A stretch of 35,650 nt of DNA. It comes from Euprymna scolopes (Eukaryota). Both the position numbers and the translations under genes were made by a program. Positions 12,538-24,005 of the stretch are shown here, piece after piece (position 1 is the stretch's first letter; each line of letters starts with the position of its first letter). The notes beneath the pieces were generated by a model. It saw nothing but the letters and a program-made list of their open reading frames with translations. It had not been told where the DNA came from and searched no databases. The stretch lies in the NCBI GenBank assembly GCA_053919585.1, contig CM132805.1; one strand, written 5' to 3'.

Positions 12538-12625
12538 TGGTCACCCATCTGGTACTGGCCAGGCTCATCATTGCTTAACTTTGGTGATCTGACTGGAACT
12601 GGTGCGTCAAGCGTGATTGTGTTGT
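12535..12625 (-). mobile_element. 5S rRNA-derived SINE head (truncated) or 5S pseudogene
   Basis: Minus strand CACGCTTGACGCACCAGTTCCAGTCAGATCACCAAAGTTAAGCAATGATGAGCCTGGCCAGTACCAGATGGGTGACC resembles 5S rRNA, including box A (AGTTAAGC) and box C (GATGGGTGACC). Confidence 0.8.
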
Positions 12626-12685
12626 ATATAAAATAAACATAGCTACTATGGCAAATTGCTATAAAAAAAAAAAAAAAATTAGTAG

Positions 12686-12779
12686 TAGTGGGGGCAGGTT
12701 ATCTCAATATTCCATAAGAATTTTTCAATTTGCGATACAAGCACGAAGTGAAAGATTGTTTCAGCAATCTGCCCCACTA
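12686..12779. mobile_element. ~95-bp mini-MITE
   Basis: TAGTGGGG(G)CAG...CTGCCCCACTA termini; a close second copy lies at 27086-27180. Confidence 0.8.
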
Positions 12780-13170
12780 TAGAAACAAATTCAATAGATA
12801 TCAATTATGTGAAAACGTAATGTTCTAGTTTAAGTGCCATTTGGTTGGTTCTAACCAAGATGATGGACGCTTTGTTAGTATTTAGCTCCCTTCCATAGCG
12901 GATAGGTTAAGTACTAAAGTTCGAAAGTGGGATTGAAAAGCCAGTGCCCGAGGAGGAGAACTTTGGCCTGCAAAAAAATGCTTGGGAAGCACCATCTGCA
13001 TTTCCCCAGTAGGGGTGCCTAAACCGATTAGTAATAAACTTCTTAAAGGGAGAAGGCAAGGCCTGGGTGGGTGGACGTTCTAAGACAGTACAGGACTCTT
13101 TATTTCTGTGCTAAGGTTAAAAAAAAAAAAAAAAAACCCTAGAGGTGCCGAGGTACCAAGTAAAAGAAAA

Positions 13171-13204
<34 letters not shown>

Positions 13205-13960
13205 CTCTCCGCCGTTAGAATAAAAGAATAAATATTGCATTTTTTTTTTTAAGAAAAAAGTCATAAAAATCCAAAGAACTTGTCAAAATATTTTATTTGA
13301 TAAATGTACAAATCAAAGACCACTGTTAAGATGAAAAGCAGAATTTTTTTTTTGTTGTTTCTGTCAAAATTTGTCATTGAAAAAAAAAAAAAAAAAAAAT
13401 GGGGAAGAAATAAAAAGGGTTTTAAAGAAAAAACAACAACAAAAAAAAGGCCTCTACAGAATTGGCAGCAGTAAGCAGCCCTGAGCCATCATCATCAATG
13501 TAGAGGCACAGGAGCCACATGACAGGTCGTGAGATTGATTCGGGGTTGGGGGGGGGGCAGAGTGATTAGAGTGTTGCATCTAGTTGCGAGGAATGGGGAG
13601 AGTAGGCCAGATCAATAAAAAGTATTGAGAAGAGGAGTGGGAGGGTGTAGATTGAAAGTCACAAATGTGAGTGGAGCAAGAGGTGGTCAGAGAGAAGAAA
13701 AAAAAAAATGCCCCTCTCCCAACATAGTCCAATGATGATGTCAAAGAAACAAATAAGAAGGCTAGGTCAAAATAAAACAAGGTTAGGTGTTGAGAGGGGG
13801 ATTGTAGGGGGGGGGGGAGATATAAATTAGCATTCAGAATCAATATGCTGCTTATGTATGTGCATGTGTTTATGTATATATATATATATTTTTTTTTTTT
13901 AAAAATCATCTTTAAAATGGTAGCCACTTGTGATACATAAAAACTGGAATGTTATGCAGT

Positions 13961-13994
<34 letters not shown>

Positions 13995-14348
13995 GTTCAT
14001 TCTTTAGATGAAGTCATATTGTAAAAAGGTTTTGGTTTTCAAAATATTCTTGTATTAGCATCAGATTTGGGGGAAGGGGGACTTTATTCTTTTTTTAGAT
14101 ATTTAAATTTGGAAAGCAAAAAAAAAAAAAAAAAAATTATCAAATAATATCCCATGCCAAAATTACAATCAAAATTAAAAGCTGTTGATAAAGAGTTACT
14201 GTTTAGCAAGGCTTAAAGATTCATAGGAAAACTGCTTTTTACCGGTTGTACAAATTCTGATATCCTGAAAGAGAATTATGCAGTTTCTGTTTTAAAAATA
14301 GAATCTTTTCAGCAAAATAATTTTGGTAAAAGATTCCTTTTTATTTTC

Positions 14349-14491
14349 TGTATATTATTTATACTATTATCCTCTTCATAATGTTTCAGTCTTTGTACTC
14401 TCCAACATTCTTCAGGTGCCAGAAAATATACGAGAACTGAAATGGTATCTATATAACAACCATGATGAGAATTGGTAAAGACAAATAATAC
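14349..14491. mobile_element. Internally deleted family A element with one minus-strand hammerhead-like motif
   Basis: Ends TGTATATTATTT and ATGAGAATT..CAAATAATAC as at 2767-3177. Minus strand CAC-CTGAAGA-ATGTTGGAGAGTACAAAGACT-GAAACATT (14418-14380). Confidence 0.6.
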
Positions 14492-15691
14492 TTTGAAATA
14501 TTAGAATTTAGAAAAAAATAAGAAATAATGATTTTTATTAAAAAAAATGTATGTTAGTTTTGTTTTTGTTTTTTTTTTAAGAAAAATGAGAATTTTTTTT
14601 AAATGAAGAAAATGAAAAATTAAAGATAAAAAGATAAAAACGAAGAAAAAATGAAAAAAAAAAATAGAGAAAAAATATAAATGAAAAAAAAAATCATGGA
14701 AAAACCAAAAAAAAAGAAAAATCAAGAAAATTTAAAAAAAAAAAAAAAAAAACGAAAAAAAAAAATCAAGAAAAAATTCAAATTAAAAAAATCAAGAAAA
14801 AAATAAGATTAAGAATTTTTTTTTTAAAAAATCAAGAAAAAAAAAATGAAAATTTATGAAGAAATGAGTATCAGAATATTTTACGCTTTCTGCAATAATG
14901 ACATCATCTAGAAAATTACTTCAAAAAAATAAATAAAAAAAATACACCTTTTTTATAATTTTTTTTTTAGATTTAGACAACGAACAAGAGCAATAAATAT
15001 AATTCCCAACAAATAACTTAAATAGTAATAAGTGATAAATATAATGATGATAGCAATAATATTAATCATGATGATGATGATGATGATGAACAGACCTCCA
15101 CAAAAGAAAAATTAAATAAGTGAGGGGGGGGGTTAATAAAGTTGAGGATGTTGGGTAGGGAGAAGGGGTGGGATTCACAATGTTTGATAACAACAAAATA
15201 TTTCAATCAAGTGAACAAACAATGCACCATGACAACAGGAAATAATAATCTTGGGTGTTTTTTTTTTTTTTTCTTTTTGTCTTGTTTTGTTTTATTCTGT
15301 TTATTTGCTGGGTAGTTTATGACCTGAGTATCGACAATCAAATGGTCAGGGTGCTACCATCCCCCTGTTCCCACCAACCATATGGATTCATAAACTCACT
15401 AGACCATTAATAAATCCCGTGACTAGAGTAGGACAAATATCAGGAAAACAAACGAGAAAGTCTTCATCGCATGAGGCTTAAAACCTGGTTAAATAATAAT
15501 AATAAAAAAAAAATTTGATCTATGATTTGAGGAAAGTATTTTCTGACTAAGAATCCCCATTTTGAATGACATTAAATTACTCTGTGTCTGTATAGATTTG
15601 ACGAAGATACAATTCGTACGTTGGTAGCTAATATAAATTATTCTTTGGCTACAACTAGAATAAAAAAAATAAAAAAATAACATTTTTTATT

Positions 15692-15912
15692 TAATTTTTT
15701 TTTAAGTAAAAAATACATTTTGTCATTGTAAATATTGTTCTCACAAATTAAAAAAAAAAAAAATTTGAATCTTTAGAATTTTATCTTCTAATTTAATTTT
15801 TTTTTAAGTAAAAAAATACATTTTGTCATTGTAAATATTGTTCTCGCAAATTAAAAAAAAAAAATTTGAATCTTTTTCTATTTAGAATTGTATCTTCTAA
15901 TTTAATTTTTTT
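15692..15912 (+). repeat. Tandem duplication, ~105-bp unit x2
   Basis: TAAGTAAAAAATACATTTTGTCATTGTAAATATTGTTCTC...ATCTTCTAATTTAATTT is repeated. Confidence 0.9.
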
Positions 15913-15918
15913 GTAATT

Positions 15919-15987
15919 TAAAAAAAATTTAAAAAGTTAATCTGTATATTAAAAAATATACAGATTAACTTTTTAAATTTTTTTTAA
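15919..15987. repeat. Perfect AT-rich palindrome, ~32-bp arms
   Basis: TTAAAAAAAATTTAAAAAGTTAATCTGTATATT-aaa-AATATACAGATTAACTTTTTAAATTTTTTTTAA. Confidence 0.9.
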
Positions 15988-16073
15988 GTTAAGGTGGATG
16001 TCACGTTACAAAAATATTTTCGACATCTTTTTCCTTACATTTCTGAATTTTTGAGATGAGGATTGGTTATGAA

Positions 16074-16388
16074 TATTTGGATTCTTCGAACTAATGTTCT
16101 TGTCTTGAATGTGATTTTCACAATGTTTTCGCCGATGTAACCTCCGACCTTCTTCAGGTGTATTTTATTGAACTCTTAAAATCCGCACGGAATTTTGAAT
16201 GGAACTATTATATTCTCGGAACTGAAGAGGAGCATACTACCTCCATGAATTAAATAAAGGGTTCTACTCGAAATTCCATGCAGATTTCAACAAGATACAC
16301 CTGAAGAAGGTCGTAGGTTATATCAATGGAAACGTTGTAAAAATGACACTCAAGATGAGAACAGTAGTCCGATGAATCCAAATAATAC
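16074..16388. mobile_element. Palindromic family A element with divergent hammerhead-like motifs
   Basis: ~135-bp inverted arms. TCTTCAG at 16151-16157 (-), and CTGAAGA 16301-16307 with GAAAC 16329-16333 (+). Confidence 0.8.
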
Positions 16389-16512
16389 GAGAAACCTTTT
16401 TGCTTTTATTTCTTTGATATTTGATTTCTGCCAACAAGATGTGATTGGGAGAAGTTCAAAGCAACAAGTGAGATGACATTTTTGATCAATTATTTTTTGT
16501 TATTAAACCTAG

Positions 16513-16547
<35 letters not shown>

Positions 16548-16651
16548 TGCGAACTTAGTTGCTAACCCAATATTTTCATTTGTTTAAAATTTATCAGTGA
16601 TATAGTGTAGCTTAATTGGATTTGGGATTTCACTTTGGAGTGTCCAACATG

Positions 16652-16682
<31 letters not shown>

Positions 16683-16948
16683 GGCCTCTGTCCTATCTCG
16701 AGACAATGGATACCTTCTGTAAAAGTGCCTGCATGTGTACTTGTGAAGTAAGGGTTGCACAATCTCCAACCTCACCTGAATCGGTATTGCCCGATTACCC
16801 ATGGCAAGGAGAAAATCAGAACGATTGGAAACAATGCATAGATAAGCGGAGAGCACATACAGCACTTGGTATTCCCAAATTATCACCCATTTTAGTACTA
16901 ACATTGCTTAACGTTGATGATTTGGTGTGTCAGCATGTATTATGCCAT
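16683..16948 (-). mobile_element. 5S-derived SINE (SINE3-type) with RTE-like tail
   Basis: 5S-like head at 16857-16948 (GTTAAGCAATG..AGTACTAAAATGGGTGA..TTGGGAATACCAAGTGCTGTA). Body aligns with 20074-20345. Confidence 0.75.
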
Positions 16949-17132
16949 AAAAGAAATACAAAATGTATTTCATTACAACCTGTTTGCCAACGAAATCCTT
17001 AAAAAATGTAACAAGTGGAAATTTAAAAAAAAAAAAAAAAAAAAAAAACATTTTTGATGTCGAAGAATATTAAAATAATCAAAACTGGCATCAAATCATT
17101 TTTGAATTTTTTTTTTTTTTTTTTTTTTTTTT

Positions 17133-17300
17133 ACATGGAGGTCACCACTTATCAAGGCCCGGAAGCCACTCAGGGATAAGGGTTATTGCGTGTACAGTAA
17201 TCAATGGGATAGTATCGTAGTAATCATTATTATTGGAGATTTGATAGTGTCTTACTTAAGGGGGCGGTTTGTCAGGAATTTGTTTATGTTGGACTTGAAT
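17133..17300 (-). mobile_element. LINE 3' UTR fragment (family related to 6259-6866)
   Basis: CACCACTTATCAAGGCCCGGAAGCCACTCAGGGATAAGGGTTA..GTGTACA matches 6268-6322; poly(A) on the minus strand. Confidence 0.85.
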
Positions 17301-17951
17301 TCCTGATAAAATTACAAGTATTTTTTCAAAACTTAAATTCAAGGATTTACACTATTCTTTGGTGTTTTGTTTTCAAGACTGTGTGATTGTAAACTCCAGA
17401 AATTAAACTTCCTGGGTAAATAAAAAAAAAACCCCAAAAATAAAACCCTTAATGCAACCCAGTTTCTTGCCTAAAAACAATGAAGTGAGAATTTTTTTTT
17501 TTTTTGAAAAACAGTTTCAATGTGAATCCAAATTTTAGAAATAGAAACAGTTTTTTTTTTTTTCTTTTTTCTACATTTTCAAACTTCTTATTCTGAGAAA
17601 TATTAAAATTTTTCTTTCCCCTTTTGACACAAAAGTTGATAAGTAAATTGTATTTGGGCAGCCATGATTTTAATTACACATGAATCGTTTTTAATGAATA
17701 ATTAAATGGTGTTTAAATCATTTGTTTTGTTCAATATTTTCTGTCTCTTCTAGGCGAGTTAAAGTAAGATTGGGTGAGAGAAATGAAACACACCATTCTT
17801 TAGTGTAGGAAGGACCTTCCTGTTTTTATAAAGCTGCAGGGGGTCTGCGTTCACACCGGACGTCCATAGAATAGAAAATATTCTCTTCCCCATAATCAAA
17901 TATATTCTGTAACTACATTAACCAGAATACTATTTCTGCTTGAATAAACAA

Positions 17952-18046
17952 TAGTATAATAATATCATGTGATCTGCGTTTAGATAGTATAATAATATCA
18001 TGTGATCTGCGTTTAGATAGTATAATAATATCATGTGATCTGCGTT
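17952..18046 (+). repeat. 33-bp tandem repeat x~3
   Basis: TAGTATAATAATATCATGTGATCTGCGTTTAGA units, identical and without spacers. Confidence 0.95.
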
Positions 18047-18954
18047 CACGCAGGGTGTTCATAGAATGGAAAAACTTAAGCATAGCAGCAATATACAACA
18101 GATGAAAGATTCAGCTGTGGACTTTTCATGGGTCCCGCTAATATGAAAATAATCAAATTGGCAGAGAATCATTGTCTAATTCCTGATAAAATTAGTTTAT
18201 TTTTATTTTTTATTTTTTTTACTTTATTTTGAAAACTTGAATTCACTGATTTACACAGAGATGACCAATATCCTCATCTTTGTTTGTTTTTGATGAGACT
18301 TTTTTTTTTTTTTTTAATTGACGAGATAATCAAGATATTTACAAATGGTAAAGATTGGGGGAGATGTTTCATGTTTCAAAATAGTTTTTTTTTTTTTTTT
18401 TTTTAAATTTATTTCCGAACGTTGGAATGAATTTATATATATATTTATATATAAAAAACAAAAAATAAAAGCAACAATATTTATTCAACTGGTCACATGT
18501 AGACAAAAGCCTGAAATAAGGAGGGGGTAGGGAGTGGGAGATAGAAAACCAATTCAGTTGAAAGTCGTTCATTTTCTGGTGAGGGTTGAGAAAGAAAATA
18601 AGCATAAAGGAGGTAGGAGTGAAGTGGATTAAAGTAGGAGGAGAACAAAGAGAGGGTATAACTATTGTGAATGAAGGTCAACAATTAAGACACTGAGAAA
18701 GGAGAAAAAAAGGACCAAAAACCCCCAGGAAAACTATATTTATATAGATATCTCAATCTAAACTGTATAGACATAAAAATTAATGTTGGAGTGAATGAGA
18801 GTTTTATAAATTTATACTTATCTTAAATTATGCAAGTTATAATAACCAGTGTGTGTGTGTGTGTGTGTGTGTGTATAAACTGGAGTTAGCAAAAGAAGTA
18901 TATCTTATACAAAGCAAACTTATTAAGATTGGAAAAGCTCAATGCTGTTTTTTC

Positions 18955-18990
18955 TCCTGATGAGAAGCATTTAGCTTTGAAATGCCATAG
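18955..18990 (+). ncRNA. Decayed minimal hammerhead motif
   Basis: CTGATGA-GAAGC-ATTTA-GCTTT-GAAA-TGCC-ATA. Deviations fit CpG transitions; helix I is weak. Confidence 0.5.
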
Positions 18991-19364
18991 ACTAAAAAGT
19001 TTTTTTTTCTCCCTTATTTTCGTTTCTAATTAATCTGATGCTATAATATTATATGTAACCTTTATTCCTCATCTTTCAGAACACACACACACACACAGTG
19101 TCCCAAAATACTGTATACGCCTTTAAAATCATTCCCTTTAATGATTTTTTTTTCATCAGTAAATAAGATTAATAGAAGAGTAAGAATAAAGATTTGAACC
19201 GACAATAAAATTAAGAAACTTTTAAAAAATAACTTTTAATAACGCTAAAGAATACTTGAAGCAATTTCAGAACGTTCCCAAAATGAGCGCTAACCTAAAT
19301 GCAACCGGTTCTAAAAACGTCCTATAACATTTCTTCTGCTACTTGAGCATGTTCTTTTCAGTCT

Positions 19365-19559
19365 ACAATCATGACTTTCATTTTTATTATTATTTTTTTT
19401 ATTATTTTCATAAGTGTTTTACATGGGTTTCATTGTGCATATAGCCGAAACACGTGTAAGATGTTTATGCAAATAAAAAATAAAAATCATGATTGTTGTT
19501 TGATTGTTTGTGGTGACTGGAATATATACTCTGAAGGCGAAAATACATCTTCATTGAGC
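19365..19559. mobile_element. Decayed palindrome with hammerhead 3' half and terminal motif
   Basis: Inverted arms 19365-19496. GCC-GAAACACGTGTA (palindromic ACACGTGT, GUA), then AATAAA, then ACTC..ATTGAGC at 19528-19559. CUGANGA is absent. Confidence 0.5.
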
Positions 19560-19685
19560 TTATTTTACTTTCTTTTTTTGTTTTGGTGAACAATTATGAC
19601 TATCTTATAAAGAATATATACTTAAAAATATATTATATACCTCTCTCTCTCATATAATTATTTACTATAATAATTATTAAATACT

Positions 19686-19727
19686 TACAGACACTAGTGT
19701 TTCATCCTTTTGGGAATCGTCAGTGCA
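19686..19727 (-). ncRNA. Type I hammerhead ribozyme, Sm-alpha-like
   Basis: UGCA-CUGACGA-UUCC-CAAAA-GGAU-GAAAC-ACUAGU-GUC^UGUA: 4-bp helix I, helix II, palindromic helix III ACACUAGUGU, GUC site. Confidence 0.75.
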
Positions 19728-19790
19728 GGGTGTCACGATTAATACCATAAATTCGAACCCACCGACAGAAGCCATCCCTGGCTCCATTAG

Positions 19791-19835
<45 letters not shown>

Positions 19836-20073
19836 CGAGAGAGAGAGATAGATAAAAAAAAAAAAAAAAAAAAGAAAAAAAAGGGGGACAAACCATTATA
19901 CAAAAAATATATTTTCAAATATTTGTACTGGTGTTTTGTTTTCTTAATTTCATTCACCCAGAGGAAGTCTTGCAATAAAGATTAAACGTTGATGAACACA
20001 TAACTTGGTTTGTTCCTTTATCTATCCATCTTGTCGGAATACTATCCTCATAATATATATATATATATATGAA

Positions 20074-20345
20074 AGCCTCCGTTCAGTCTCAAAAGATGTA
20101 AGTGTAGCTGCATGTGTAATTGTGAGGCAAGGGTTGTGCAATTCCCAACCACACCTCTCCTGAATCGGCACTGTTTGAGTCCAGTGACAAGGAAAGATTC
20201 AGGACAACTGGAAACAATGCAGAGATAAGCAGAGAGCACATACAGCACCTGGAATTCCCAAATGGTCACCCATTTTAGTACTGATCAGGCTCGACATTGC
20301 TAACTTCATGATCTAATTGGAACTAGTGTGTCAACGTGGTTATTT
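20074..20345 (-). mobile_element. 5S-derived SINE (SINE3-type) with RTE-like tail
   Basis: Head ACCACGTTGACACACTAGTTCCAATTAGATCATGAAGTTAGCAATGTCGAGCCTGATCAGTACTAAAATGGGTGACCATTTGGGAATTCCAGGTGCTGTA is near full-length 5S-like. Tail ...GAGACTGAACGGAGGC followed by (AT)n. Confidence 0.85.
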
Positions 20346-21847
20346 TAAATATATATATATATATAGACAATATTAAGCTAAATTCCAATAGCCAAGACTT
20401 TATACATTTTGATGGACTGTTTCCTGTATAGACGAACAACCAAAATTAATATTCTTGATCTTCTGACCACATGCTCTTCAGAAATCCAAAGTCAGCCGCC
20501 AGAAAAAATATATTATAAGGCAGCAATTAAGATATTACTTTTGGTTGTGCGTCATAAAAAAAAAAAATGGGAGAGTTGTCATAATCACATAAAAAAAACT
20601 TCCATAACAATGAAAATGATAATTTTATACTGCTATCCCAAAATGAAATCCCAAATGCCCAAATTCGAAAGACGTGAAAGAAAAAAAAAAAAAAAAAAAA
20701 ATCCAAGCTTAAGATTGCAGTCGACATTAAGGAAGAAAAATGAGTGGGGGAAAAAAAAAAAAAAAAAAAAAAAACGAAGGGGAAGGAGTAAGCCTCAAAA
20801 TTAATTATAATTCTTGTTATTTACCTGTCTCTTTTGTTAGGGTCATGGTCTTGGGGTGAGGAGAAGGAGTCATAATAAAGAGATGGTGGGGGGGGGGATG
20901 AAGACAGGTAGCGCCAGGTGACAGTGATGTAATCCAGAACAAATCACCTTATAAGGCACAGGAATACACAGTTTGGAGCCACGACCCCCTCCTGCGACCC
21001 CCTCCTGTGTCAGGTTCTAAGTCACACATGACATCACTTGTCAGGTGATGAGAAGAAATTAGACAACAGACCAGGGTTTTTGTCATCCTTGTGAAACAGA
21101 AGAGTTTAGCTAAAAATGGTAAAGAAAAATTAAGGCAGCACTGTGAAAAGAAAATGGGACAATTAAAAAGTGTGAAAAAAGATGAAAAAGAAGGGGCAGA
21201 AACACATTAGTCAGTGGGATTGGTCAAACTGAGGTCAAACTCATCATCAACATAAAGCTGACCAAACTAGAACCGTTCACGCCTATTGTCTGTTCGCATT
21301 AAACAGCTGTTTAAGAGCTCACGACAATTGATATTTCAGGAGGAGATTAACCACCGTTTCTGAAAGGTCAGTTTCTTTGAAAAACCCATTCTTCAGACAA
21401 CGAAAGTTTCTGACAAATGCTTGGCTGAACATAATTACAAAGTAGACAGAAAAATTTTAAATCCAACCAATATAACAATTCAGTTTGTTGACAAAATGAC
21501 ATTTCCACTACATTATTCATGATAGTAGTAATTTTATTAAACCTAAGCACGTGAAATTTGAAATGATAGATGTCAAGTTATATTTGTGTGTCTAGGCAAA
21601 AAAGAAAAGTGGTCAATGTAAAATAAGTTTCTTTTTGGAAAAAAAAAAAAAAAAAGAAAAGACCAAGAAATTACAGTTAATAAACATTGATATTCGCAAA
21701 TGTTACGATGTAATACCAATCTGACAAAAAATCGTCTGCACTGATACAAACAACTGAAAATCCCGTTGTGAAAACGGAATTAGAGATGGAGGACCCTGGG
21801 TAAACACTAAGAGAATGCCCGAAACAAAGGTATTCAGGTACTCTTCC

Positions 21848-22249
21848 TGATTCCAATACAATTACAGATTCCATACTAAATTTCTGATTCCGATTCTTTA
21901 TAAATCTCTAAAAATTTAACAATAGAGTTATTAGTTATTCCGATTACACTAAAAAAATTAAAAAAAAAAACAACAAAAAAAAACGCATGTTGAATATGTA
22001 GATATTTTCTTAAAACATAAAAATACATTTGTGGGGTGGGATCTTTAGATTTTAGTGTCACTTAAAAAGCAATAAATATTTATTATTTTATTAATACTAC
22101 CAGCAGTGGAAGATTTTGCTTTTAACAAAGTCAAATAGAAAAGACAATTAAAAGAATCGCTTTTGGCATCAGAAAATAAAAATTTTTTCCGATTCTGATA
22201 CCCTCAAAAATTCCGATTTTTCCGATTCCAATTAATCGTCCCGACACTA
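21848..22249. mobile_element. Non-autonomous DNA element with (CCGATT)-type subterminal repeats, hAT-like end
   Basis: Ends ATTAATCGTCCCGACACTA, repeated CCGATT(C), and aligns with 26555-26845. Confidence 0.55.
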
Positions 22250-23687
22250 CTTGGTACTCTTACCAAGATCTGAAGACAATTGAACTTCATCCCAACCAAG
22301 CCTTTAACCGTGCATGGTAGATAAAGAAATCCAGACTCTGCTGTACGAGATAAACTCCAAAGAAAGAAAAAAGTAATGATTTTACATATTCTGATCAATT
22401 TAAACGATTATATGCTTAAATATGGCCGATTTTTTTTTTTTTTTTAAATGTAAATTTTTATTTCTGATTTTTTTTATAACGGAAATTACAAAACTGATAT
22501 CGAAATAGATCTCTAGTAGTAGAGAAAGGGGAGGTAACTTGCTGCATTATCATTTCATTTATTCTTGTAAATTTCGATAAGCGAGGTTTGGCTGCATTGC
22601 AATAAAAAGTAAATGTATTAACTATTTTACTCAAACTTTTGATTATAATGAGAAAGGCAGGTTTTTGAAACTGGTCTACATGATACGATTAAAAATAAAT
22701 ATATATGTTCCATTTTTATTTATTTTTTATCAAAGAGTACATTAAAAAAAAGAAAAAAGATCACTCGAAATATTAAAATTTAAATTATAATAACACCTAT
22801 AATTTTACATGCTTTTATATTTTGCATAAGGCTATTTTGTTATTATTTGTCAAGAATTGCATTTTATTTATATAGATACAATTATATATATAGTTAGATA
22901 TATAGATTTTCATTGGAAGATAATGTTTATATTAAAATAATCTCAAAATTTTCTTTGAATTACAAATGAGTTCGAGCAAACAAAATATAGATTTTTTTTT
23001 TTTTTTTTTTTAGAGATGTCATGAAAAATCCTTGCTTTTGTAATGAATTTGGAAAACTAAGATTTCTTGAAAAATATTTAAAACGCACAGAACAACTATA
23101 TCCATTCGAGATTAAAATTATTATAACAATTATATATATATTTTTTTCTTTTTTTTTGCCTTTTTAAAGTTTTTTGTTTGTTTAAAAATAGTGACAGGGG
23201 AGAGAATAAAATAAAAATTTAATTAAAAACGAACAAACAAAAAAAAACACTGAAAAAAAAAAGAAAAAAAAAAAAAACCCAGGATGGAGAGAGAAAAATG
23301 AAGAAAAAAAAAAACAACAAAACATATGGAAGAAAGTTTTCAGTGAGGAGGAAAGATAATGTGTTCTATATAGAAAAAAATCACTGAGACAAAACGGTTG
23401 ACACCAAAAACAAAATAATAGAGAGAAAAAGATTCCCAAAAGGCACTTTGAAGTATACAAAATAGAGAGGTGAGTAATGGAGAAACGAGGAGGGGGTGGA
23501 TATAGAATAGATATGGGGAATGGGGATAATTCTGCAGTTTTTGAGATCTCTCTCTCTCTGCACCTACTCACACCAGTGCACCTACCACATGTAGGTGGAA
23601 TCGACTGGAAATGGAAATAGGGACATTATATCTTTTATGGTTGGCATGACATTCCACCACAAAAAATACAACCTGTTATCGGTTAGG

Positions 23688-23719
<32 letters not shown>

Positions 23720-24005
23720 TGGTGGTGGTGTAAGAAATGAAGAGGGGTGGGGGAAGAACTTTTGTTTTGGAAAGAGGTTGATATAGGTAGAAAAAGGATA
23801 CAAATTAAAACGATATGGATTGTAGAGAGAATTAATCTTGAAATGTTCAGATGTGAGAACAGAAAACACTGGAACCAGCGAAGCAAAATAAACAGAAAAT
23901 GAAACAATCCATTTCCTGCATCCAGTAAGAATTACTAACAGGAAACAAAAAAAAAAAAAAAGAAAAGGATTGTCAACTGGGCAAAACAAATATTCAACAA
24001 ATAAC

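Noticed and set aside
17952-18046. 33-bp repeats as a CRISPR array
   Set aside because: Units are contiguous with no spacers, there are no cas genes, and the context is eukaryotic.
20239-20345. Functional 5S rRNA gene
   Set aside because: Many substitutions and indels, no T-run terminator, and it is fused to a SINE body shared with another copy.
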